Below, piece after piece: positions 53,700 to 64,000 of a stretch of 64,000 nt of DNA. This stretch comes from Octopus sinensis. Its lineage: Eukaryota. Within the stretch, counting starts at the first letter, position 1. Every line of letters begins with the position of its first letter. The stretch covers positions 30,194,001 to 30,258,000 of the forward strand of contig NC_043009.1 of assembly GCF_006345805.1 (NCBI RefSeq), in the 5' to 3' direction. The notes under the pieces were generated by a model. The model was not told where the DNA came from. It ran no database searches and saw only the letters and a list, made by a program, of their open reading frames with translations. Made by a program: the position numbers and the translations under genes.

Positions 53700-54020
53700 A
53701 GAAAGGATGCAGATTCAGCAAACAACTGCATGATACTGAATGTGGTGTACAAATGTAAGTTCAAGGCAAAAACGCAGAAATATGTGTACATTGGTACTAC
53801 CGCAAACACCATGATAAATCGTCTGAGAAACCACCTCTCATCGTTTTCCAAAATAAATAAAAAGACAATCCCCATCTCTGTCGAATACACAATCCACCGG
53901 TCCATTATAAAAAATGTTGCATCATATAATGGGACTACCCGAGTATGCAACATATGCCTTGAGGAAAACCTGGAAGTAATAACATCCAGGGAAAATGTGA
54001 TGAATAGACATTCATGAAAT
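53700..54020 (+). mobile_element. Penelope-like GIY-YIG endonuclease fragment (second lineage)
   Basis: NVVYKC...YVYIGTTANTMINRLRNHLSSF...SIIKNVASYNGTTRVCNICLEENLEVI. Confidence 0.75.
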
Positions 54021-54438
54021 GTGAAAAAAATATTTTAAAAAGAAGTAACAAATTATAGAACAGTGAAGGAATCCAAACAAATAAATGAACATACTAATGT
54101 TTAAGACGCTACAAACTATAACAACAGAAACATTGAAGAAAAAGTTACTATAAGAGGGATGGTATTAATCAATTTGGTCAACATACACCACGTACAGCAA
54201 CTGACCACGTGTTGGGTTCAGAATTTATTTAGGATAGTCACGTGTTGAATGAAACAGAACAAAGAAATGTACTACCATCCTTAGATCTGCTGAATGAATG
54301 ACCATCCATAAAACCTGCAGAACGAAGAGCAAATAAATCCAACACCACCACACGCACTTCTATCTACTATTACTATCATTCCCTCTTCTACTTTCATTAC
54401 CAACCTCCTATAAAGTATATATATAAATACAAAGATGA

Positions 54439-54486
<48 letters not shown>

Positions 54487-55458
54487 AACGTCAGTTAATG
54501 TGTTGGCTCGAGCTGTGTATTACTTGATGCGATTTTAGATAGAATAATATTTCCTTCCAACGGTTCAAATCTGATTGCAGTTGTTGTTATAGATGTGATT
54601 CTGGGATCACAGTTTTCTTAATATCAGAGCAGATCTTTTTGTTAATACTCCTATCTGAAGAATAACTGATAAAGTTTCAGAGGCTGAGCCAATATACTTT
54701 AATATAAACGTGGATCATTTCTTTAAAGTCTGGTGATTTAAGTTTCCGGCAAATGATTTTCTGAAGAATGTAAACCGATACAGTCTCGATGTTATAATGT
54801 TGAAGCGAAACCAATATCAGGTGGAGGAGTACCAATCATTATAAATGGGCAAGGTCTGACTGCTGCTGTGTGAACGATACTCCTAAGTTTGTCTGAAAGT
54901 TGTGTGGAATTTGATGTCTCACCGTTTCTCTAGCTAGAAAATAATGGTCGTGTTTTGAAATGTGCAAGTTTTGTATACAGTTTATATTACGTCTTCACTC
55001 AGCACTCACTCCAGTTTGGTTTTATGAAAGATCTTTCCTCACTGATTGACCTTGGTGTATCTAAACGAATGGTTTTCATAGCAAAACGTATTGTGATGGG
55101 TGATAGTCTCAAATACTTTCAGAAGATGATTTTGCCAAGCAAAGAAACTGTCAAACTGTTGCAAACGTTTCTACAGTGTGTGAGATGTAATGCAAAAGTA
55201 TGTGCTTATGATACGTAAGCTTTGATAAGATATAGTTCATAGGAGAGAGACTCATAGACCATTGTCAGTAACTTGGCAGACACCTTTTCACTAAAGAAAT
55301 TATGACAAAATTCATTACCATTGGTGTTCGAGGCCTTCAGAAGAAACCAAATGTAATGTGTGAGACTCACATCACACCCACTCATACGTACATATCCACA
55401 CGCAAACATATATGTATGTATATAAAAGTATAGAAATGCATGTATGTATGTATATATG

Positions 55459-55521
<63 letters not shown>

Positions 55522-55798
55522 ATATATATATAATATATATATATATATGCATGTATATATGTATATATATAGAAGAGTAAGCACATAAATGCGAAACAAG
55601 GTGGGAAAGCTAGTACTCGAATACCAGAGGAAGAATGATATGCTTTACTAAAAAGCGGCAAAAATATCACAAAAACTGTTACTCAGTTTCGCGTTCCCGT
55701 TCGTTTTGCTTTGGATTCTAAACAAATCTGTCCGATGAACGGGTACGTGAAACTCTGAGTAACAGTTTCTGTGATGTTTTTGCTGCTTTTTAATAAAG

Positions 55799-55859
<61 letters not shown>

Positions 55860-57044
55860 TATATATATATACATGTATATATATCTGTCTGTATGTCAGT
55901 ATGAAGACACTGGATCAAGCTGAGGAAATGGCAGAAGACACTTGTTCAATTACTTCAGGGCAGAATCAAGCTGCGCCTAAAATATGTTTTCGACAGAAGA
56001 ACTTCTTAAAGCACACGGCTATGCCTATTTCTATGTGGTAGTAAATATTTCACTCCTGCTGCTTTCTGTGACGTTTTCTTTTCTATCTGTCTTTGGTAGA
56101 TTAGATAAAAATAATGACTTCATATTTATACATTGGAAACAATACTGACAATTGTAGCTTGCCTTAAATGGTCCATATTACCATTAACTTGGTGGCTTCC
56201 GTTGATGCCATTATAATATATTTGACGGTTTTCGTGTTCAGATGTTAACATATATAAGCGAAAATAGATAGAATAATCAAATATGTAACTTTTTTTTAGG
56301 AACATTCATTTTGATGCTATTCAGTAATATAGCGTTGTGTCATTTTGGAGAAATAAAACTGTAACTTGCATAAATGTAATAAAATAAACTTAGATGGACA
56401 CTAGAGAAACATTCTGAATTCCATTTTTATTTATTATGTATAACTTTCTCCCTCAGCAGTAGTTTTGTTCGATGTTATTTGGTACAGTCTTTGAGTCAGC
56501 TATTCTAGTTGTTACTTTGCGTTACTCGTACACATTTCTAAGATATATACATAATTGTGTAATTCTTGCGATTTATTTATGACTGGTTTTGAAAGTAGGA
56601 AGGACATTTTAGTAGATCACAGAATACATGCTGCTTAATATACGTATTTATCATTGATAAAATATAAAACGAAATAAAATGTACATGTGCAAGTTGTCCA
56701 CATGTATACAGACACACACATTGCACATGTATCATAAATCACACAGTAAAATGCTCTCATGACAGTATCACTCAGTTAGATATGGCTTTACAGCAAGAAT
56801 ATTCTAAGACGATAATGTAACAACATATCAATATGAAAATAGACATAAGTATAAGACTATGGTTAAAAATTGTGACCCACATAGAAAATAGCAGATCTAT
56901 TGAAAATATTACAGTTACAAATGCAAGCACATTCGTTTACAATACAGCAATAACAGTTGTATGGCTAATGGAAACATCATTAATATTTAGTGCATGGTAT
57001 GTTAATGCTCGTGCGTATGCAGTGAAGGGAAAAGAACAATATTC

Positions 57045-57272
57045 TTTTCTAGTCTAGGCACAAGGCCCGAAATTATTAAGGCGGGGGGGCCAGTCGATTA
57101 GATCGGCCCCAGTACGCAACTGGTACTTAGTTTATTGACTCCAGTACGCAACTGGTACTTAATTTATCGACCCCGAAAGTATGAAAGGCAAAGACGACCT
57201 CGGTAGAATTTGAACTCATAACATATAGACATGAAATTCCGATTAGCATTTTGCCCTGCCAGATTCCTGCCT
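57045..57272 (-). mobile_element. SINE family A with a short internal duplication
   Basis: CCAGTACGCAACTGGTACTTA occurs twice; central domain present. Confidence 0.8.
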
Positions 57273-57548
57273 TAAGGGGAAAATGATATTAGTAACTAAC
57301 TGAATTCTCTTCTTTCTGATGAGAGAACTCTGAATGGGTTTCAGTATAATGCTGAGTTCATAGCTACAGTATGACTGCATAGTCTTTTAGTAGTTGTGTT
57401 GGATTAATTACAAATTAAAGTACAGTACAAGATAGTACGTTAGTTTACTCAGAGAAATAGAATTTTGTCTAAATATCTGAGGAGATTCGGTCTTTAATAT
57501 ATATATATACATATATATATATATATGTGTGTTATGTGTTTGTGTGTA

Positions 57549-57595
<47 letters not shown>

Positions 57596-57788
57596 TATAT
57601 ATATATACATATATATATATGTGTGTGTGTGTATGTGTGTGTGTGTACTATATATATATATATATATATTAACAATTAAGGAACGGCCATAATAGGCCAT
57701 TCACCCACTAGAAATAACAGCCAAAGCTTCTACCGCAAAAAGATTAAATCCGTAAACAGGAGAAAATTAAAAAAACATTTACCCTGTA

Positions 57789-57895
57789 ATTTCTTGTACG
57801 GTATACCGTTTCATCCTCTGTTTAATGGTAAACTAACCTGATTAAATTAAATCAAGCCAATCTTCCATAAGCCCTCGGATTCTTCAGCAAGAAAT
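57789..57895 (-). ncRNA. Type I hammerhead ribozyme, unit 1 (intact)
   Basis: AUUUCUUG-CUGAAGA-AUCC[60 nt]GGAU-GAA-ACGG(UAUA)CCGU-A^-CAAGAAAU. Predicted cleavage 3' of 57797 on the minus strand. Confidence 0.88.
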
Positions 57896-58275
57896 AGCTC
57901 AAGACGGGACAGATAATTACACGAGGCATACCCAATCTAGCCAAGGCAATATCTGACCTAAAATTTTCAAATCGTCGCACTCGCGCCAAATTTATCGGCA
58001 GCAAATAAATATCAGCCGTCGATTCCATTACGGAATTAACCAAAAAATTCATAATTAATCAATATAGGGTGGCAAGGAAAATTTTATAGAATTTTATTGC
58101 CACCAGCGGCCCAGTGGGAAAAAATTAAATAGTCATAGACCATTTTAAGTTCAACATTAACAATTAAGGAACGGCCATAATAGGCCATTCACCCACTAGA
58201 AATAACAGCCAAGCTTCTACCGCAAAAAGATTAAATCCGTAAACAGGAGAAAATTAAAAAAACATTTACCCTGTA

Positions 58276-58382
58276 ATTTCTTGTACGGTATACCGTTTCA
58301 TCCTCTGTTTAATGGTAAACTAACCTGATTAAATTAAATCAAGCCAATCTTCCATAAGCCCTCGGATTCTTCAGCAAGAAAT
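58276..58382 (-). ncRNA. Type I hammerhead ribozyme, unit 2 (intact)
   Basis: Same as unit 1. Confidence 0.88.
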
Positions 58383-58759
58383 AGCTCAAGACGGACAGAT
58401 AATTACACGAGGCATACCCAATCTAGCCAAGGCAATATCTGACCTAAAATTTTCAAATCGTCGCACTCGCGCCAATTTATCGGCAGCAAATAAATATCAG
58501 CCGTCGATTCCATTACGGAATTAACCAAAAAATTCATAATTAATCAATATAGGTGTGGCAAGGAAAATTTTATAGAATTTTATGCCACCAGCGGCCCAGT
58601 GGGAAAAAATTAAATAGTCATAGACCATTTTTAAGTTCAACATAACAATTAAGGAACGGCCATATAGGCCATTCACCCACTAGAAATAACAGCCAAAGCT
58701 TCTACCGCAAAAAGATTAAATCCGTAAACAGGAGAAAACTAAAAAAACATTTACCGTTA

Positions 58760-58865
58760 ATTCTTGTACGGTATACCGTTTCATCCTCTGTTTAATGGTA
58801 AACTAAACTGATTAAATTAAATCAAGCCAATCTTCCATAAGCCCTCGGATTCTTCAGCAAGAAAT
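58760..58865 (-). ncRNA. Type I hammerhead ribozyme, unit 3 (1-nt deletion in distal stem I)
   Basis: Core intact; plus strand reads AATTCTTG instead of ATTTCTTG. Confidence 0.8.
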
Positions 58866-59247
58866 AGCTCAAGACGGGACAGATAATTACACGAGGCATA
58901 CCCAATCTAGCCAAGGCAATATCTGACCTAAAATTTTCAAATCGTCGCACTCGCGCCAAATTTATCGGCAGCAAATAAATATCAGCCGTCGATTCCATTA
59001 CGGAATTAACCAAAAAATTCATAATTAATCAATATAGGGTGGCAAGGAAAATTTTATAGAATTTTATTGCCACCAGCGGCCCAGTGGGAAAAAATTAAAT
59101 AGTCATAGACCATTTTTAAGTTCAACATTAACAATTAAGGAACGGCCATAATAGGCCATTCACCCACTAGAAATAACAGCCAAAGCTTCTACCGCAAAAA
59201 GATTAAATCCGTAAACAGGAGAAAATTAAAAAAACATTTACCCTGTA

Positions 59248-59354
59248 ATTTCTTGTACGGTATACCGTTTCATCCTCTGTTTAATGGTAAACTAACCTGA
59301 TTAAATTAAATCAAGCCAATCTTCCATAAGCCCTCGGATTCTTCAGCAAGAAAT
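59248..59354 (-). ncRNA. Type I hammerhead ribozyme, unit 4 (intact)
   Basis: Same as unit 1. Confidence 0.88.
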
Positions 59355-59733
59355 AGCTCAAGACGGGACAGATAATTACACGAGGCATACCCAATCTAGC
59401 CAAGGCAAATCTGACCTAAAATTTTCAAATCGTCGCACTCGCGCCAAATTTATCGCAGCAAATAAATATCAGCCGTCGATTCCATTACGGAATTAACCAA
59501 AAAATTCATAATTAATCAATATAGGGTGGCAAGGAAAATTTTATAGAATTTTATTGCCACCAGCGGCCCAGTGGGAAAAAATTAAATAGTCATAGACCAT
59601 TTTTAAGTTCAACATTAACAATTAAGGAACGGCCATAATAGGCCATTCACCCACTAGAAATAACAGCAAAGCTTCTACCGCAAAAAGATTAAATCCGTAA
59701 ACAGGAGAAAATTAAAAAAACATTTACCCTGTA

Positions 59734-59842
59734 ATTTCTTGTACGGTATACCGTTTCATTCCTCCTGTTTAATGGTAAACTAACCTGATTAAATTAAATC
59801 AAGCCAATCTTCCATAAGCCCTCGGATTCTTCAGCAAGAAAT
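59734..59842 (-). ncRNA. Type I hammerhead ribozyme, unit 5 (insertions at the stem II base)
   Basis: Plus strand reads TTCATTCCTCCTG vs TTCATCCTCTG; possibly a consensus error. Confidence 0.7.
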
Positions 59843-60220
59843 AGCTCAAGACGGGACAGATAATTACACGAGGCATACCCAATCTAGCCAAGGCAATATC
59901 TGACCTAAAATTTTCAAATCGTCGCACTCGCGCCAAATTTATCGGCAGCAAATAAATATCAGCCGTCGATTCCATTACGGAATTAACCAAAAAATTCATA
60001 ATTAATCAATATAGGGTGGCAAGGAAAATTTTATAGAATTTTATTGCCACCAGCGGCCCAGTGGGAAAAATTAAATAGTCATAGACCATTTTAAGTTCAA
60101 CATTAACAATTAAGGAACGGCCATAATAGGCCATTCACCCACTAGAATAACAGCCAAAGCTTCTACCGCAAAAAGATTAAATCCGTAAAAGGAGAAAATT
60201 AAAAAAACATTTACCCTGTA

Positions 60221-60326
60221 ATTTCTTGTACGGTATACGTTTCATCCTCTGTTTAATGGTAAACTAACCTGATTAAATTAAATCAAGCCAATCTTCCATA
60301 AGCCCTCGGATTCTTCAGCAAGAAAT
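60221..60326 (-). ncRNA. Type I hammerhead ribozyme, unit 6 (1-nt deletion in stem III)
   Basis: Plus strand reads ACGGTATACGT vs ACGGTATACCGT; possibly a consensus error. Confidence 0.72.
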
Positions 60327-62229
60327 AGCTCAAGACGGGACAGATAATTACACGAGGCATACCCAATCTAGCCAGGCAATATCTGACCTAAAATTTTCAA
60401 ATCGCGTCACTCGCGCCAAATTTATCGGCAGCAAATAAATATCAGCCGTCGATTCCATTACGGAATTAACCAAAAAATTCATAATTAATCAATATAGGGT
60501 GCAAGGAAAATTTTATAGAATTTTATTGCCACCAGCGGCCCAGTGGGAAAAAATTAAATAGTCATAGACCATTTTAAGTTCAACTTAACAATTAAGGAAC
60601 GGCCATAATAGGCTATTCACCCACTAGAAATAACAGCCAAAGCTTCTACCGCAAAAAGATTAAATCCGTAAACAGGAGAAAATTAAAAAAACATTTACCC
60701 TGTAATATAAATATATATATATATATATATATTCAACTAAGTGTCCTTATTTTAATGAATATAGTATCAACGTTCCCACCATCGAGTACTCTAGTCCTCT
60801 TCAGATACCTGGGGTAGATTAATTGACAAATACTACAGTACCATTGGAACGAACTAAATGTTTACAAATGACACAATTTGCTATCGTGGAGCGGGGTATT
60901 TTGTCCCTGAAGTGCACAATACGGAGAGAAGATTTTCCAGCCAATCGGAATCTGAAGAAGTGAAGACATTTATTGGTCGCATATGAAAACCTTACTAAAA
61001 CTGCGTGTCATGCGTTTGTGACTCAGTTTTAATCGGCTGATGGTTTATTACACAGTATCATCATGATGAGAATAAACACGTCTTTAATCCGAGCCAATAC
61101 GTATTTGTCTTAGCATCAAACCTAGCAACCAATATATAATTGTATCAGCAAATGTTACTGTACTGTTGTATATTATTCATACCATCAAAATTTAGATATT
61201 GCTTTTTGAAACGCAGCCCTGCAATTGTTCTTGGAAAATTTTCAATCATTATCTTTAGAATAAAACAGAATTTATCACTTTCGACTGATATCTTCATTTA
61301 ACCGCTTGTTAATCACTTTACACCCTTTCTTTACAGCTATATTCCCAGTTCTATCAACGTATCATTTCCAACATTACACTGATATTGACTGAAGGTGTTA
61401 ATGAAAAACGATAACTTCTTGCCATCATGCCAATTTAATATTTATCCCGTAAAATTGTCTTTCGGAATTAGCAGAAAACGGTAAGTGTTCAGTAAAATTA
61501 TTGTATTTTTCTATCAATAAATCTCATAGCTTGCTGCAGAGACGAAAACCTATTATTTTTACAAACTTTTGAAGCACCATGAAAACAGTTTATTTGTAGC
61601 TGTATCTAAATCCTCTCTAGAATTCTGGACATTTAAGAATCTTCGTGCCAGTAGAGAAAGCAGTATCCACGGTGTTGACACATTCCTTAAATTAATTATT
61701 AGGGAGACAATCTTAAAATTCATTGCAGCAATGATTTTGAATATGTACACCTGATGAAAATCTTCGAAGCAAACCTTGTATAAGCGTACAATTTCTCATA
61801 TCTTGCCTTCCACAAATATTGCCATTTATTACCTGAGGTTTCACTATACCCTTTTTGTTTTCGTCTAGGCAATGTTTAATCCGCAACATTATGATATGTT
61901 GTTTCTATTATTCATTTTTGCTTGATATGAACGTCTTACGTATTGGATACGTAGACTGTGATCATTTTAGAACACTCTTAGAATTTTAAATTGAAAACAA
62001 AATAAAGAAACAATATCATTATATTTGTTGGTCTCTTGAATCAGAGATTTGTAAATGTTTTAAAATGTCCACGACTTTAATAACAGAGATAACGTATGAT
62101 CTCTGAACTAAAATGTAAAATGTTTTTATAGAAGTCTTGATAGCCACATACAGAATGCTTGTAAAGTCAAAATCCAATGTAAATGGACAGTCGTTGGTAT
62201 TAAGCCAACAAATATTGAGAAGACATAAA

Positions 62230-64000
62230 TAGTGCGGAGATACACATACCATCGTATGCTATCTTCCGTACAGACAGAAGAAAAATAAGTCACGGTGGAG
62301 TTGCAATGTACATCAGCGAAGATGTCCCACTATCAACCCTGTTATCGAACTCAAACACGGTGTGTGACACACTCATAGTACATCTAAAGCAACTTGCTAT
62401 AGTGATATGCACACTATATCGCCCACCTGATGCCTCAAATCATGATGGAAAATTGGAGGAAAGCCTTAGTGCGATAAAGGAAGTACTAACACAACTGGAT
62501 CAGCGTACTACTATGTTCCTGGTGGGTGACTGCAACTTCTCCAACATCAAGTGGCCTAAAGGAAACATAACCCCAGGAATGACGCACAAAAGCGAAATAA
62601 AGCATAATCTCAACTTGATCTTACGAAAATGCCATTCATGGAGTAGATCGTACTCTCTCCAACCAGCCACAAAAATATCCCGAACCTCTGCTTTACAAAC
62701 AATGTGAAAATTATCCACAACGTAAATATATCACCGATAATATTCTCAGACCATAACTTGGTAGAACTGACAATGTATGACCCGGAATTAACTAAAGCTA
62801 AACTCCACACAGACGGAGCTCAAAACCTATCCAGTCGAAATTTCTATAAGGTATGCTGGAAATCACTTGAAAAACAAATACTTCAACAGGACTGACCTAA
62901 ATTCCTCTCTATGCAAGGCACAGATATGAAACTCAATAAATTCATGTCAATACTGAGAGCCATACGCATTAAATATGTCCCAGAGAAGAGAGCCAATAGA
63001 CACGAAAACATCATTCCCTGAGACAGAAGACTACTAATGCGGCGGAAAATAAAGATCTTGAATCGTTTAAATAAACTCCTTAATGACTGTGTGAAATCCC
63101 ACCTGACAGAGGAACTTTCGAGATAGAAAATAAACTCAAAATTTTCCATGATAAAGAAATAGAAGAAAGAGAAACCTGGGCAGTCTAAAATATAAAAAGA
63201 AATCCTATAGCTTTGTACACGCTCTAAGACAGGGTTAATATTTGGTAAAAACGGCTCACTAACTGCAGATCCGGGGAAGATAAATGAAGCACTAAATAAA
63301 CAATTCCGAAGTGTTTTCACTTCTCCACTGGAAAATATGCAAACAAACAAGTCTGAGGAGTTTTTCAATGTAACGAATCTATTCGGAAAAGAGGCTACCA
63401 TCGACATCATCAATCTAAAAGAAGAGGATGTAATATCGGGCCATTGATGAGATGAGATCAAACTCAGGACCAAGCCCAGATGGACTTCCGACTGTTCTCT
63501 TAAAGACATGTAAAGAGGCTCTTGCAAAGTCACTGCAGATACTCTTTAGAGTTTCCTTGCATATGGTAAACTTCCCAACGTGCTAAAAGAAGGTGTAATA
63601 TGCCTTATTCATTAAAGACGGGCAGAGCAGATGCTAAAATCTACAGGCCCATCGCTCTGACCTCACATGTTAGCAAGACAATGAAACGCATTGTCAGAAA
63701 AAGGCTGATCACGTTCCTTGAAGAAACTAACCTTCTCACAAACACGCAATCCGGCTTCCGTCCAGGTAGGAGCTGCCCCATGCAGTTGCTGCAACACTTT
63801 GACTGGGCACTGAAAAAATAGCTAAACCAGTCAGCTGTAGATGTGATATACTTTGACTTTACCAAGGCCTTCGACAAGGTTGATCATGGCATGATATGTC
63901 ACAAGCTGCGAAACCTTGGTATTACTGGGAAACTGGGAGAGTGGCTGCATGAGTTTCTGAAGGGCAGGAGTCAGACACTTGTAGCCAATGGTGCTCACTC
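62230..64000 (+). mobile_element. Decayed CR1-clade LINE ORF2 (APE endonuclease plus start of RT), running off the window end
   Basis: IPSYAIFRTDRR..GGVAMYI; ICTLYRPP; LVGDCNF; YRPIALTSHVSK; QSGFRPGRSC; VIYFDFTKAFDKVDHG; LGITGKLGEWLHEFL.GRSQ. Multiple stops and frameshifts. Confidence 0.92.

Larger units (their letters stand above)
57669..60706 (-). mobile_element. Tandem array of a ~488-bp hammerhead-containing unit (6 full plus a 122-bp partial): putative non-LTR retrozyme / ribozyme satellite
   Basis: Units start at about 57669, 58157, 58643, 59128, 59615, 60103 and 60585. They are near-identical, differing mostly by 1-bp indels, and are flanked on both sides by (AT)n. Confidence 0.9.

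Noticed and set aside
54991-55216. Open 75-codon stretch bounded by AG and GTAAGC as a host exon
   Set aside because: No recognisable protein similarity. The opposite strand may be decayed retroelement sequence, and I cannot support either reading.
57852-59999. Identical 66-aa minus-strand ORF (MNFLVNSV...) in three satellite units
   Set aside because: It has no recognisable motif, overlaps the ribozyme, is broken by indels in the other units and stops inside stem II, so it is not an endless ORF on a circle. Coding cannot be fully excluded without ribosome profiling.
57669-60706. Viroid-like ambisense ribozymes or a CRISPR-like array
   Set aside because: No CUGANGA...GAAA core was found on the plus strand. 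The units are whole-length repeats without unique spacers, and there are no cas genes.
60764-60815. Minus-strand GTAT-CTGAAGA...GAACGTTGATAC beside the array
   Set aside because: GAAA is incomplete, stem II does not close and the stem I register is off by one.

Overview
This is AT-rich, microsatellite-dense eukaryotic DNA, most likely octopus (cephalopod), judged from the tRNA-derived SINE families and the repeat landscape. I found no supportable host protein-coding gene; nearly all ORFs in the track are simple-repeat or decayed-transposon artefacts. The window holds many SINEs, a cluster of R4/Dong-like RLE retrotransposon 3' fragments in (TAA)n, two CR1-like LINE pieces, pogo, hAT and Tc1/mariner remnants, and Penelope-like (GIY-YIG) fragments. 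The main discovery is a set of hammerhead ribozymes. (1) A ~488-bp tandem array at 57669-60706 (6 units plus a partial one) carries one complete type I hammerhead per unit on the minus strand, with a GUA site, a palindromic stem III and a very long G-U-rich stem II; this looks like a non-LTR retrozyme that could yield a ~488-nt self-cleaving or circular RNA. (2) A related ~506-bp unit at 45001-45787 has its own hammerhead. (3) A fold-back Penelope element at 31887-33054 carries a U3-A8 covariant minimal hammerhead in both arms. (4) Further minimal or decayed hammerheads lie at 22867-22912 and 39698-39829. In both retrozyme-like elements an insertion boundary falls about 6 nt downstream of the predicted cleavage site. 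All structures were derived by eye; none was computed or tested.
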